This document shows, piece after piece, positions 23,640 through 37,550 of a stretch of DNA of 64,000 bases. Under the pieces are notes generated by a model. The model did not search any database and was not told where the DNA came from. It was given only the letters and a program-made list of their open reading frames with translations. Each line of letters starts with the position of its first letter. Position 1 is the first letter of the stretch. Position numbers and translations under genes: made by a program. The DNA is from Dipteris shenzhenensis (lineage: Eukaryota): NCBI GenBank assembly GCA_047967505.1, contig CM106538.1; one strand, given 5' to 3'.

Positions 23640-25510
23640 ACAGGTTCTGGCACCACTATTCATATGTAGATAGAGATTCTGAGAATTGAGATGAGGGCAC
23701 TGTAGGATGCTAGGGCACCCCCTCACTTGGTTGCGAGTCTAGATTCAGTTATTGAGGCTCTGGGTTGATTGGACACAATTGAGGACGTTGTGGATAGCTT
23801 TCAGGCACAGGCTGAGGCAGAGATCACTGGTCATGGCTTGGATTGGCGAGCCATTCGACAGTTGTTTGAGCGTGAGTCACATCACAGGTAGGCCTTAGAG
23901 GATATGTTTTGGGATGGTCACACTGAGGCAATGTGACCACGATCAGGGCTGCCCTTGCATATTTTACGTTGTAGGCACCCCATCATAGCAGCACACATTT
24001 ATCTGAGATATCTCGCTGCGAATGGTGGTCGATTGCCTCACAACCGTCAGATAGCCAGATCATATGCCATGCAACTATATGCTGAGTTTGTGCTTGGTCA
24101 TCGGGTAGACTACCTTAGTACCCGTCTAGGATCAGAAGCGGGTCATGGTAGGATGGGGCATCAAGAGCGTCAGACTACAAGCGTCAATGCAAGGCACCAG
24201 AGTTACACACTATCCCTGCACCGGCATTGCGAGCTGTTGGAGGACGGATTAGGGGGGATGTTCATTCAGTGGCATCATCCTTGCACCACATGGTCTCTAC
24301 CCTATTGAGATCACTTTCGATTCCACCTCCCCCACCTTGATCATCGATGGAGCCTCCCACATCTACACCACCTCCCACATCTACACTGCCTCAGCATGAG
24401 TTGGAGACTCGAGACGCATGGATTGCAAAGTTGGAGGCATTGTTGGCCGATTCTAGGGATGAGGTTAGTTATTCTGATTATTTTAGTTTATTTTTTTGTA
24501 GCATGTTTTGAACTGTACGCGACATGTTTGCATTGCAGGCACATCTATTGCGACAGGATATGGAGTCTCGTGTACGACTGTTGGAGGCAGATTTGGAGGA
24601 GTAGAGGATTCGGACACGCATAGCATACCATCGTGCGGAGCACTATATTTTGCAGTTGAGACATATTAGTCGTGATCCATCTCGCCATAGGATCGACCCC
24701 AGCATGGCCCCATACCCTGCTCCTCTTGTAGATGTGCCGACTAGGACACCCATAGATGCAGCAGTCATAGCCAAGCTTCCTACTGCCGCCACTTGCATCC
24801 TTTGCCACAAGGAGTTTGACACCGTAGGGTGGTTTGGACTAGGGTGCAGCCACATCGCACATCTCCATTGCATGACCTGCCACATGGTGGCACGATTAGT
24901 GTGCCCTGTATGCTTTGCTAACATTGATGTGGCCACATACAGAGGACTAGGCATGGATGATCTGTATCCTGGTCATCGTCAAGCCATTGATCCATTCGCC
25001 CACGTGGTCTTGACAGAGCACTATAGGGAGGAGGCACAGAGAGCTTTGCTAATGCAGGAGGGTGCTGATACATCTGTGGTTGCAGCGTGTGTTCCATGAT
25101 GCTTCTCATATGGTGATTTCATGCCAGGTGACGAGGCACGAGTAGAGGAGGCACACCGTATTGAGTGAGAAGCAGAGTTGCAGACATCATTGTAGTAGTG
25201 GGTGGAGCAGCAGCTTGGGCGGGGCCGACGAGACTAGCGTCTTCTACATGTAGAGACGATTACTCGCGCTGGATTTGAGGCACGAGTATTCGTAGATGCA
25301 CAACTATCAGAGCTGAGATGCACATACATAGAGGAGGCGAGGGAGGTAGAGATGGTAGCGGTGGCTCGTGCAGCATGCCCTCCTCTTCATTAGGATGAGG
25401 CTGGCCCATCTCATGCAGGAGATGAGGCTGGCCCATCTGATCCGGCTTTGCCTAAGGCACACAGCGGACGGTTGGGCAGTGGGTCATACAGGAGCCACGT
25501 CAGAGGATGA
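23640..25510 (+). pseudogene. Transposon-borne RING-H2 finger gene (decayed, spliced)
   Basis: CILC-x13-CSHIAHLHC-x10-CPVC at 24795-24913 fits C3H2C3. Probable intron about 24464-24538; possible first exon at 20991-21013 followed by GTAAG. Confidence 0.75.
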
Positions 25511-25873
25511 CTAGAGGATCATATGTGGAGTTATCAGATTTTGATTCAGGATGATTGTTTAGGCTTCACACATTTCTTGTTTAGGGATGCACTTCTGCAC
25601 GATGATGATGATGATGTACACATTCATTTTGGTACTTTCATGATATTGTTCTTAAATTTATGATGTATGAGCATTTTCATACTTTCATGATGTTCTTCAC
25701 ACTTTGTTTATCTCAGTTTATAGTTTGTTCAAATCTAACATAAACATTTAAAATTAGGAGTATGATTTTGAATTTCGAATGTCTCAATTCACACATCTAA
25801 TACATAAGGTATTTAAAAAAGAATGCCATGTGAAGTAATTGTAAACATTAAGCATTGAAAAAGTGTTCAAGTA

Positions 25874-25877
<4 letters not shown>

Positions 25878-25936
<59 letters not shown>
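25878..25936. repeat. (CT)n microsatellite
   Basis: Directly visible. Confidence 0.98.
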
Positions 25937-25942
<6 letters not shown>

Positions 25943-26174
25943 ATGCTATGAACTTTATCATTTTGAATATCATATTGAATTTCATATATATCAATGCTTA
26001 CAATTATTACACTAAACCTAAGAGCTGTGCGAAGTTTCATCCCCATGTGCGTATTTAAAACTAAGAGTATGATTTTGAATTTCAGATATCTCAATTCACA
26101 CATCTAATACATAAGGTATTTTAAAAATGATGCCTGTGTCGTAATTGTAAACATTAAGCATTGAAAAGGTGCTT

Positions 26175-28960
26175 GCAAAAATGTACGCATTATACCTTCC
26201 ACGTGGTGCATACCAAACCAATTGGAGAACAAATCTTGTGTGGATGTACGTCTAGGGCAGCCTAAGAGCCGTGTGAAGTTTCATCCCCAACAGGGTTTAG
26301 GATTTAGGGTTTAGGGTTTAGGGTTTAGGGTTTAGGGTTTAGGGTTTAGTCATGCTAGTAGGGATTGTAAAAATGTATGCATTATACCTTATACGTGGAG
26401 CAAAACAAATCAGTTGCATACCAAATCTTGCATGGATGTACGTCTAGGTAGCCTAAGAGCCATGTGAAGTTTCATCCCCAACAGGGTTTAGGGTTTAGGG
26501 TTTAGTCGTGCTAGTACGGATTGTAAAAATGTATGCATTATACCTTCCACGTGGCGCATACCAAATCAGTTGGAGATCAAATCTTGCGTGGATGTACGTC
26601 TAGGGTAGCCTAAGAGCCGTGTGAAGTTTCATCCCCAACAGGGTTTAGGATTTAGGGTTTAGGGTTTAGTCGTGCTAGTAGGGATTGTAAAAATGTATGC
26701 ATTATACCTTCTACCTGGTGCAAACCAAATCAGTTGGGGACTAAATCTTGCATGGATGTACATCTAGGGTAGCCTAAGAGCCGTGTGAAGTTTCATCCCC
26801 AACAGGGTTTAGGGTTTAGTCGTGCTAGTAGGGATTGTAAAAATGTACGCATTATATCTTCCACATGGTGCAAACCAAATCAGTTGGACACCAAATCTTG
26901 CATGGATGTATGTCTAGGGTAGCCTAAGAGCCATGTGAAGTTTCATCCCCAACAGGGTTTAGGTTTAGGGTTTAGGATTTAGGGTTTAGGGTTTAGTCGT
27001 GCTAGTAGGGATTGTAAAAATGTACACATTATACCTTCCACGTGGCGCATACCAAATCAGTTGGAGACCAAATCTTGCGTGGATGTACGTCTAGGGTAGC
27101 CTAAGAGCCATGTGAAGTTTCATCCCCAACAGGGTTTAGGATTTAGGGTTTAGGGTTTAGGGTTTAGTCATGCTAGTAGGGATTGTAAAACTGTACGCAC
27201 GTGGCACAAACCAAATCATTTGGAGACCAAATCTTGAATGGATGTATGTCTAGAGTAGCCTAAGAGCCGTGTGAAGTTTCATCCCCAACAGGGTTTAGGG
27301 TTTAGCATTTAGGGTTTAGTCGTGCTAGTAGGGATTGTAAAAATGTATGCATTATACCTTCCACGTGGTGCAAACCAAATCAATTGGACACCAAATCTTG
27401 CATGGATGTACGTCTAGGGTAGCCTAAGAGCCGTGTAAAGTTTCATCCCGAATAGGGTTTAGGGTTTAGGGTTTAGGGTTTAGTTGTGCTAGTAGGGATT
27501 ATAAAAATGTATGCATTATACCTTCCATGTGGTGCATACCAAATCAGTTGGACACCAAATCTTGCATGGATGTACATCTAGGGTAGACTAAGAGCCATGT
27601 GAAGTTTCATCCCCAACAGGGTTTAGGGTTTAGTCGTGCTAGTAGGGATTGTAAAAATGTTCACATTAAACCTTCCACGTGGCGCATATCAAATCAGTTG
27701 GACACCAAATCTTGCGTGGATGTACGTCTAGGTTCTTCGAAGAGCTGTGTGAAGTTTCATCCCCAACAGATAAGTCCACATGCGTATTTCATTAGTACAT
27801 GCGCCATTTTTCATACGTAGTCGTGCTAGTAGGGATTGTAAAAATGTACGCATTATACCTTCCATGTGGCACATACCAAATCAGTTGGACACCAAATCTT
27901 GCATGGATGTACGTCTACAGTATCCTAAGAGCCGTGCAAAGTTTAATCTCCAACAGATAAGTCCACATGCATATTTCGTTAGTACGTGTGCCATTTTTCA
28001 TACGTAGTCGTGCTAGTAGCGATTGTAAAAATGTACACATTATACCTTCCACGTGGTGTATACCAAATCAGTTCGAGACCAAATCTTGCGTGGATGTATG
28101 TCTAGGGTGGCCTAAGAGTCATGCGAAGTTTCATCTCCAACAGATAAGTCCACACATGTATTTCGTTAGTACGTGCGCCATAGCTTTGTCGCAGTCGTGC
28201 TAGTAGGGATTGTAAAAATGAATGCATTGTACCTTCCACGTGGCACATACCGAATCAGTTCGAGACCAAATCTTGCGTGGATGTACGTCTAGGGTAGTCT
28301 AAGAGCCGTGTGAAGTTTCATCTCCAATAGATAATTCCACGTGCGTATTTCATTAGTACGTGTGCCATTTTTCATACGTAGTGCTGCTAGTCAGGATTGT
28401 AAAAATGTACGCATTATACCTTCCACGTGGCACATACCAAATCAGTTGGACACAAAATCTTGCATGGATGTATGTCTATGGTAGCCTAAGAGCCGTGCAA
28501 AGTTTAATCTCCAACAGATAAGTCCACATGCATATTTCGTTAGTTTGTGCACCATTTTTCATACGTAGTCATGCTAGTAGGGATTGTAAAAATGTATGCA
28601 TTATACCAAATCAGTTAAAGATGTCTAGGGTGGCCTAAGAGTCATGCAAAGTTTCATCCCCAATAGATAAGTCCACATGTGTATTTCGTTAGTACGTGCG
28701 CCATAGCTTTGCCGCAGTTGTACTAGTGGGCATTGTAAAAATGTACGCATTATACCTTCCACGTGGCGCATACCAAATCAGTTGGAGACCAAATCTTGCA
28801 TGGATGTATGTATAGGGTGACCTAAGAGTCGTGCAAAGTTTCATCCCCAACAGAATTGTCCACATGCGTATTTCGTTAGTACATGCACCATTTTTCATAC
28901 GTAGTCATGCTAGTAGGGACCAACAGATAAGTCCACACGCGTATTTCGTTAGTACGTGCA
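26175..28960. repeat. Satellite with an approximately 135-bp core: first 9 units end in (GGGTTTA)2-8, later units (187-bp period) end in a fixed approximately 50-bp segment
   Basis: Core gtcgtgctagtagggattgtaaaaatg...gaagtttcatccccaacag is repeated about 16 times. Telomeric tract counts are 8, 3, 4, 2, 6, 5, 4, 4 and 2. Confidence 0.96.
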
Positions 28961-29279
28961 TAAATTTTATTAGTCACGTTTTTAAAATGTCCTAAAGTAC
29001 AAAACAAATTACAACATTACTACTAATAAATAATTTTTTGTTTTACAAACACAACAAATCCCATTGAGAAGACATTGGACATCATGTATAAAATAGAATC
29101 TAATACAAATTATGTGTATGAATGTGTATACAACCATCAGAGTGAAATACAAAATATGAGTCCATGAAAATTACAATGGTATGGTCACACAGTGAGCCTA
29201 TACATATCGAATACAAAAATGTGTAATCAACTAGTGATACCCAATAAAAATCAATCTGATCAACTGATGATCCCAAATA

Positions 29280-32222
29280 TATGATATGTAATGTGCTACT
29301 CCTCAGGATCAGCTCTCATGCCAATAGTTGCAAGTATGCTCTCATGATTCGCCACTGCAAGGTGCCATCATGGAGTGGACGTCGCCTTGCGAGTGCGAAT
29401 ACGACTCAAAGTAATCTTGATCCCAACAACAAGATGAGAATACATGTATGCCTCCTGATCCGCCATGTACTCCTGGAACTCAATATAGTGACCACGCCTC
29501 TGTATCTGCTGAAAATAGTGGCCACCTACGATCATGCTATGAGCATTGAAGTGCATCCCATGCCCATCCACTGTATCCTCATTCAGCACACTCTTCAACA
29601 TAGAGCATCGCAACAAGTAATAATCCACACCCTCCTCATTGCCCTCCGAAGCAATAACCACGAAGATATCACCAATACGCAAAATATCTGTAAGTTGGTC
29701 ATAATCTCTAGAGGAACTAAATCCCACATCCTGATCATCATGTACCTCCTCCCAAGGCTGGAAGGGAGAAAGCACTCGTCGTACCCATGGATCGGCCCAT
29801 GGTATCATGGAGCACCCTCCCCAATCATCATCAATGCATGCAGAGCAAAAACATGCAAACCGTCGAGAAAAGATCACGGGGTGAGACTCACCTATGCTCC
29901 TGATGGAATGGAAATCAAGAGTGCCAGACACATAACTACAATCAAAAGGCCTAGACCGATCAAGACTCCCAATGTCCACGCACCAAAAATATTGGCTCAC
30001 CACCCTATCATCATGCGACTGAAACGAGGAGATAACACTAGTGGATAAGTGCTGGCTGCACCACCGAACCACATCATGTGCATCCTTGAAGCGATCGGCA
30101 CTGTGACGCAACTGGTATCGACACAAAGCACGCTTCACGCAAGCACCTGCACCATCGTGCTCTCCCTTACCATGCCATGTCTCGAAGTAGCTCCATGTGA
30201 TCGGAATGCTTGTCTCACGGTGCCATCTGCAGAACCAATAAAACTGTCTAGCAGATTTGAACTAACCACCACAGCCGTCTGACCAGATCCAGCACCGCTG
30301 CCATGTGACACCATGATCCCTCAAGAAACTATCATGCAAAGTGAAGCAATGCTGCACAAAATGGGCATCATGCGATCGATCATCACTAATGTAGAAGTGA
30401 TACTCTCGCACAATGACACGTGAGTCCATGGTGCTATCAATGCCATCCACATGAGCCTGTGCATGATGATAGCTAATGTGCAAAATATAGCAACCTACAA
30501 TATGGCATTGAAAAAAAATATGACTATTGAAATAATTCAATATAACGAGGTAGGGAAAAAATCAATACTCAATCACACGTCACCTGTTTGGAGAAATAAT
30601 ACTCCGATTGGATCTCATGCTGTGGTGCAAAGGTGTAATTCTCCGCAAAGTCCACCACTGAGACAACCACCCCTGTAGGAAATGTCCTCAAACATGCACG
30701 AAACTGATGATCCTCCCATTTCACAGTGTGCGAGTGGCGTATGTAGCGGTACAGCTTCCCTCGAAAATTGTCAATGAATACAACACGTGGTGTCTCCTTC
30801 CCCACAAGCTGCAACCTCCTCGACTGTGCACCACCATCTAATGTCAAGGTACTGTACTCATACTGCTGCCAACGAACCATTTGCACATCACAAGTATCTA
30901 GTGCAACTCTAGCAAAGTCACCACACAAAGTACACCTGCCTTCCACACAATCAAGGGAGTGGAATAAAGCATCACCATCTCGTGTACACAATATGGAATG
31001 AATGAAGTCGCGAGGGCTAGTAGGAACCACTCCCATATGACCATCAAGGGAACGGAATACGTCATACATCAATCCAAAATCCACATGGTAGCGACAACAA
31101 CATGTGTCACACTCCTAAGAGCATCGCACAAACCATGGCCTGCATCGCTCGAATGACCTCTACCCAATCCTGAACTCCGAGTGCGCCTCTACAAACTGAG
31201 TGTACAACTCAGTCTGGGTACACTCCAAAAAACATGCACCATGCTCAATGTACACACCGCGTGACACCCTCTTCCGCAATGCCTTCTTAAACACCGGGGA
31301 TGCTCTACAATGCTCCTCCTGAAACTGTTGTATGAAGGACCTAGTGGAATCATCCAACAATCAATCGCTGTGAGGTGCACGACCACTCGAAGCCCAAAGA
31401 GCATCAGTCTCACTATCCTCTAGACTCTACCTCCTAATCATGCCTGCTCGCAATGTGCGCAGTGCAATCTCAAGAAGACGTGAAGCGGTACGCACATGGC
31501 CTATCATATGAGGTCTACTAATGGCAGCCACAATAGCACGACGTGCTGCCAAGGCATCACTGGAGTTCCTATGCTTAATAGAAGCATAGGAATGTCGAAC
31601 ACTGCTAAGGACCTCACTAGATACAACCCTATCTCTATGTGCACCAAGACCAGCAAGCCTCCTACACCCTACCAAGTTAGGGTGATCAATCAGGGATGTG
31701 AGAAGAGAAGACTGTGAAGCTGGCGTGAGGTCACAAAAAAAAGACTACACAATCTTGCTAGTACGATGATGGATAGTGGACTTCAGCGTCGTGAAGCAAC
31801 ACTGTTGTTGCAAGGTGGGGCAAGGGGATCAATGGGAGATGGTAGGGTGGACGGGGGAAGGGATGTGCCAAGGGGAACGGGGGGGGGGGGGGGGGGGGGG
31901 AGGGGGAGGGGGAGGGGGGAGGGTGGAGGGGGAAGAGGTAGAGATGGAGGCCAAAATGTAGGTGGCTAGGGGAAGGGCGGAGGCTAGAGGTAGGCGAGCG
32001 GATGAGGATGGGGGGACAATGGAGGTGGGGGTGGGGGTGGGGGCAGAGGTGGAGGTGGAGGTGGGATGTAGAGGTAGAGGTGGAGGTGGATCGGTGGTGG
32101 CAGCACGAGCTCTAGCTCTAGAGGCTCTCTTGCACTCACGAGCCTTTCGCTTGCACTCCTCGTCAATGAGATTTGGGGGGGGGTTCCTACATCTTTCACG
32201 TCTACTAGCTCTACGAGGTATG
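29280..32222 (-). pseudogene. Sola2-like DDD transposase, decayed and spliced
   Basis: VVDFAENYTF..EIQSEYY, YISDD..HD..FV, WSDGCGG*FKS and FETWHGKGEHDGAGACVKR; Cys clusters CVEGRCTLC and FACFCSAC; basic N-terminus and Pro-rich linker. Confidence 0.85.
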
Positions 32223-35200
32223 CCAAGGTGGCAAGGTGTGATGACATGGCTCATGATGTGGAATGATGAGGTGGCACATGTGGCAACACATGTGGCAATG
32301 TAAGGTGACATGGCAAGGAGTGATGTCACATCTCCTTGATGACATGGCACCACGTGGTCTAACAACGTGGCATGGTTGCAAGGCAAAAATAGATGACTCA
32401 GCCTTCCGCATGGGTAGCATCCACACTCCAAAGGCTTGCCACTAGGGTCGGTGATGCTCCTAGCCTACCTCACAAGCCTAATACCAAGCCTACCTTGTCT
32501 TGGTATTAGGCTTGGGTGGCCCTTTTTCCCCCACAAAAGGGAGATTTCACTCTTGGAGGCCATATCGTACGTTTCCCTTACTCAAATTTAACCAAAATTT
32601 TTTCCTCTTATTCATCATGCGGAGGACTAAAAATATTGAAATTTTTGAAATGTTTGGTCATGTTTGAGAATTACTAGATTAATTTTTAATATTCTTTGTT
32701 GATCCTCTAAGGAGTAAAAGTAAAAATTAAACTTCAATCTTCCTAAATCTAATCGTTGGATTTGGGATTTGATGATTCAACCACACAACATGTGCCTACT
32801 AACCTTCCACTATATTGGATTTGCTTAATTATTCAAAATACTAAAAAAATGTGGTGTGCTACTAAAATGCATGTATTTTATGACTTTATTTATTATAAAT
32901 AATTATTTATAATTAGATAAATCATTCAGAAAATTGCCAATAAATCAAGTTAAGCTCTACATAATGCAAAGAGACAACTTACAAAGTTTCAATAACATTT
33001 AATCTAAAATGAGTGAGAAATTTATAATTTAATATGACACTCTCTGTTCGTGACAGACGTGTGACCACCCTTGAACCATGCCGTGTGACACAAAGAAATT
33101 TTTTGTGTGTGCATCGAATTTTCGATCAGACTATACGATTGTGTGCACAATAGCAAGTGTGATGTTGTTCAGAAGACTTCAAAGACTAGATCCATAGGGA
33201 AGTAGGTGAGATTTGCATTTTTGTGTGCTAAAAAGCTTGTTTTTCCACCTCCTAAGGATTGGGGAGTGAACAAAAAGTGGACACCCTTAGCTTGCTACTT
33301 CCCTTAACGCATGCTTAGAATTATTCATCTACATGGAGGATGACCAAAAATAAGTGGTACATACTCTTACTATTGCTCATGCAATATGGTCTCAATTAAA
33401 ATAAAATTACAAGCACACAAATGTCTCGTCTCAAGTTTCCAATTTGAAGAAGCTTATGCAAGTTTCAATGAAAGATACGGATGATGTTCCCAAATTTTTA
33501 TAGAATTGGAGAATGCCCATCGATGATCTTATAATATCTGGGCTAGTATTAGCCCAGAACGTTCAAGCAATTTGTTTGCTTGCCGCACTACCACCCTCAT
33601 GAGACGATAATGCCAAAGTAGGGTCTTATAAGGATGATGAGCGTAATGCTCAGCATTGTGTACTTCCTAGTGTTGTCCTACCCAAGAAAATACAAGCGGC
33701 CAATTTTGGGGTAGGTTACTCTATAGACACTGCCATCAAGTAGTGTATGATTTATAGAGTAATGTGAATGCTGCTAACCCGCATGGTTATGCAATAACAG
33801 GCTCATGAAAATAAATTGCAAATATTAGTTTCTCATTGGCCAATTCCTCTATAATACTGCAAGTTTGTGGTAGAGGCAATGCTTGATGAGTTCTTTCTCC
33901 CTCTATCTCTCTCTGTAAGCCCGTTGCAATGCATCTTGCCACCATCTCTAAAAACATACACACAAACTTATCTCTCCCTCTTTTCCCTCCTTCATAATCT
34001 AGCCTATGCCCTATAACATTATCCTTGTTCAATCTGCATCATTTTAGTGATAGAGTAGCTTATCTATAAATCTCCATGAGAATGAACAACCATTGCCAAA
34101 GTTCTCTTGTGTTGCATGGCTTGTTTTGATAGAGGAGGCAAAAGGTTAGTACTTATATAGCATAGACCATTGATAAACTTTCCCTCTCCATGGTGGTGTC
34201 CCATTATCTACATCATTCAATTCTTAGATGGCAAAGCACCTAGGATGGTGCAAACTAGGTTCACCATATGAAAAACACATGATGGCATCAAGTGTGCCAA
34301 TGTGTACATTAAACACAATTTCTAAGTCAAGAGGAAACGTGCCATGCAACTCCAGTAGACATTTTCAATTTATATGTTATGCTAAGGCCATTTTCTTGAT
34401 GTTCATATATGGAGGAAAGAAGTATGCCCTTTTACTAAAAAGGATTGCTAGAGGATACATTGATTCTCACATTGGTGTCTTGATTTGATGGACTTTCTTT
34501 GTGAAAACCTAATAAAGGATGCATGAATGCTAGTTGATTTTTACTTCTATTCATATACGGAGGAATAAAGTACGTCTCTTGCACTACAGTGAGAATTGAC
34601 AAGGATGTGTATATTCCACCTTAAATGGCTAGAAATACCATGAGTAAAGAGATGTTATGATTTCTTGATTTGATTATCTTTCTTTCTAAAAATCTAATGC
34701 ATTGCTAGTTGATTTTTATTGTGTTAGCTACAAATTACTACTAACATAAAGATTCATTTCTCTTGCACATGCATTCAGATAGCCTATGCTCTATGCTCCA
34801 TAAAGGAAATATACCTATGCTCTATGCTCCATGAAGGAAATATACGTATTCCATACTCTCCACAACACATGCCAATTCATATGTTTGATTGTATGTAACT
34901 GTCATGTGATTTCCCACTTGGTCCTCCTTGTTCATCTTCTCGAATGGGGTGCTTCTCTTTCTCATCTGGTTCCTACTACTCTTCTTGTGCCTATCCTTCC
35001 TTTTTCTCTTCAATCACTTCTTGGATCCACATTGGGTTCACTAAGTCTCTTGCATTGCTACTTGTTGGATGGACTCGATGGTTCTAAAGGCTTTTGGGTT
35101 GCTTTGGTAAAAAGATCATCTAAGAGATCCGAGGTCACACGTGCATGCTCCACTTTGGCCTCTTTGTGAACAATAAATGGTTTTCCCTAACCTCACATGA

Positions 35201-35399
35201 TGAGAAGCATTTCCCAAATCATTTTTTCTCCTAGAGTGCATCCTTCCCACTGTGACATTTGATACATCAAGAGTGCCAACTAGCACCTCTATTGTTTGTC
35301 ATTGTAATAGAGCCTCTTTTGAGGTAGCTCAATTTGTAATCATGCAATTGCTCATTGCAAACTCCAAAGCTTCGAGATAATCAAGCTTTTATTTGCAGT

Positions 35400-37550
35400 T
35401 CTTTGTGCGGGCATCTTCATCTCCAACAGCGGTTTTGGCTGGTTCTTGCAATCTCTTCTATCAAGGAGGGCATCAGGTGGAGGAGCACCAAATGTTAGAG
35501 GCGCCGCGATGGTGGGCCAAGTCAAGCATGCCCAATTTTCGAGGGAAAAATCTAATGACCCGAATGCTCCTGTCTGACAGTTTGAGAAGGTGTATGCAGT
35601 CAACAATCCACCACCCTTGGTACCACTCCAACAGGAGGCAGTTTTTGAGTCAACTTTAGTAGGAAAGGCTACATGGTGGCTAGCTAAGTATGCGGTGGAT
35701 TTCTTCACCACATATGATCTCATCTGTGAAGCATTCTTGAGATGGTTTTGTTAGGAAGAAATGATTCCACAAACTCTAGATAGATTGCAATGCATGGATC
35801 AAGGAGATTAGGATGTGGAGAATTATGCATCTGAATTCAACTTACTCATGCGATGTGTGCCACAAGCGAATCGGCCTGCTCAGGAGGTACTCAATGACTA
35901 CTTCATTTTGGGGCTATCCCGAGATCTGTGGATGACATTGGCCACATTGGATCAGACATAGACGACGCTCACAGCGGTCATGGCACAAGCAGTGCGAGCA
36001 AGGGAATCTCTGCATGGGAGGATAGCCAAGAACCTCAAATCATTTAAAAGTAAAACCAAGAAGAAACTAGCGAAATCTAAGAAGTCGGATGATATCGATG
36101 AAGACTTAGACGTGGATAGCTCTGACGAAAGCTTTGAAGGAAGTTCGGAGGAATCTGACTCAGTCTAAAGCGGGCAAGAGCGCTCCAGTGGCTTCCGGAG
36201 AAGGATCAGTGCCTAAAGGTTTGAAAGGTATATGCTTGACTAATACACACAACACAGTGGGATGCCACTATAATGGCCTTGGCCAAAGAGTGATTGGTCA
36301 ACAGCAGGATCCGAGTGTGTCTTTTGTGCAAGAAGAGCAACCACAGCAGTCGTTTCAACCACAACAATCATTCCAACCACAACAATCGTTCCAACGAGGC
36401 GAGCGCAGTGGGGGCCGCAAACGCGGACGCGGAGGTGGAGGTCGTGGTCAAAATCGATCGAAAACCTCCCTGTTCTACTTAGGCAAAGTCCATTGGCAGA
36501 ACAAATGCCTGGATGCTCAGGAATGGGATCGGCAACGAGCGGAGAGGCAAAAGATGACAAGGAAAATGCCCAGCATTTCTATGGTACACATTGTTGATGA
36601 TGATGCATTGGTGTGCCCAAAGATTAGCATAATCACCTGTGCGGGTACCAAGTTGCAAGGGCTGCCCAAAGATTAGCATAATCACCCGTGCGGGTACCAA
36701 GATGCAGGGGCTGCCCAAGAAAGGTGACAAGCTGCTAGATTGGCTAGCACATGAGCAAGTACGACGACAAGTCCACGAGTTGGTGATGGAGGAGCCACCA
36801 TTGATGCAACTAGTCGAGTCCGCAAAGTAGCCCATTGGGGCATGCAAGGTGCAGTTCACGGAATCGATTGTCCAATTAGAGTCGAAGATGGCACAAGGCA
36901 AGTTTAAGGTGCACTTACCGGGGAACGGCCCAAATGATGTCGAAGAAGCTCCCTTGTTGGTGGCTAACCAAGCCAAGAAGCAGGCAAATTCCCTGCAAAG
37001 GGAGACGGGGTTGGAATGCATTCTTGAAGCACCGATCCAGATCTCACTAGGGAGATTACTCAACTTGGTTCCTGGATTCGACTGGCAATTGTTGCACTCC
37101 CTTCACCTAGATCTATGCCAAGTGGATTCCTCTCGAGTACTGGTGGTCCCTCTAGCAGACATGAGAATTTCGGTGATATCCACAAAAGCACAAGGTCAGA
37201 CCTTTGCTTAGGTTCTGGGTAGATGGAGGTTCGGTTCAATATAGTCACTTTGAAGACTTGTCAAGAAATAGGATTGATTTCCTGGGAACCGCGGCGCCAT
37301 TCCTAGTCTGCATGGCTGATCAATGTTGAGTTCGACCACTCGGAATCTTATGGCAGTGGTCTTGGAGGTGGTGGGCATCTTGTTTGTGGTTTCATTCATG
37401 GTGCTCAATATGGAAGCTGCAACACCGAAGTATAGTGTACTCTTGGGTAGGCCCTAGTTGCGGCAAGCAAAGGTCAAGCAAAATTGGGAGCAGTACTTCA
37501 ACAATGCACAATATGCAAATCAAGTTGATGGACAAACACCTCTCGTTTAG
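35400..37550 (+). mobile_element. Ty3/Gypsy-type gag-protease remnant
   Basis: FEKVY..LVGKATWW, DVENYASEF and DYFILGL (gag-like); ISLGRLLNLVP; VLVDGGS and LLGRP (aspartic protease). Confidence 0.7.

Noticed and set aside
26290-27635. Real chromosome end or telomere
   Set aside because: Tracts are short (2-8 repeats), embedded in satellite units inside a TIR-bounded element, and ordinary sequence continues on both sides.
33654-33660. CATTGTG as a displaced right heptamer of the RAG1-like element
   Set aside because: Isolated 7-mer with no nonamer-like motif and no similarity to the left candidate end.
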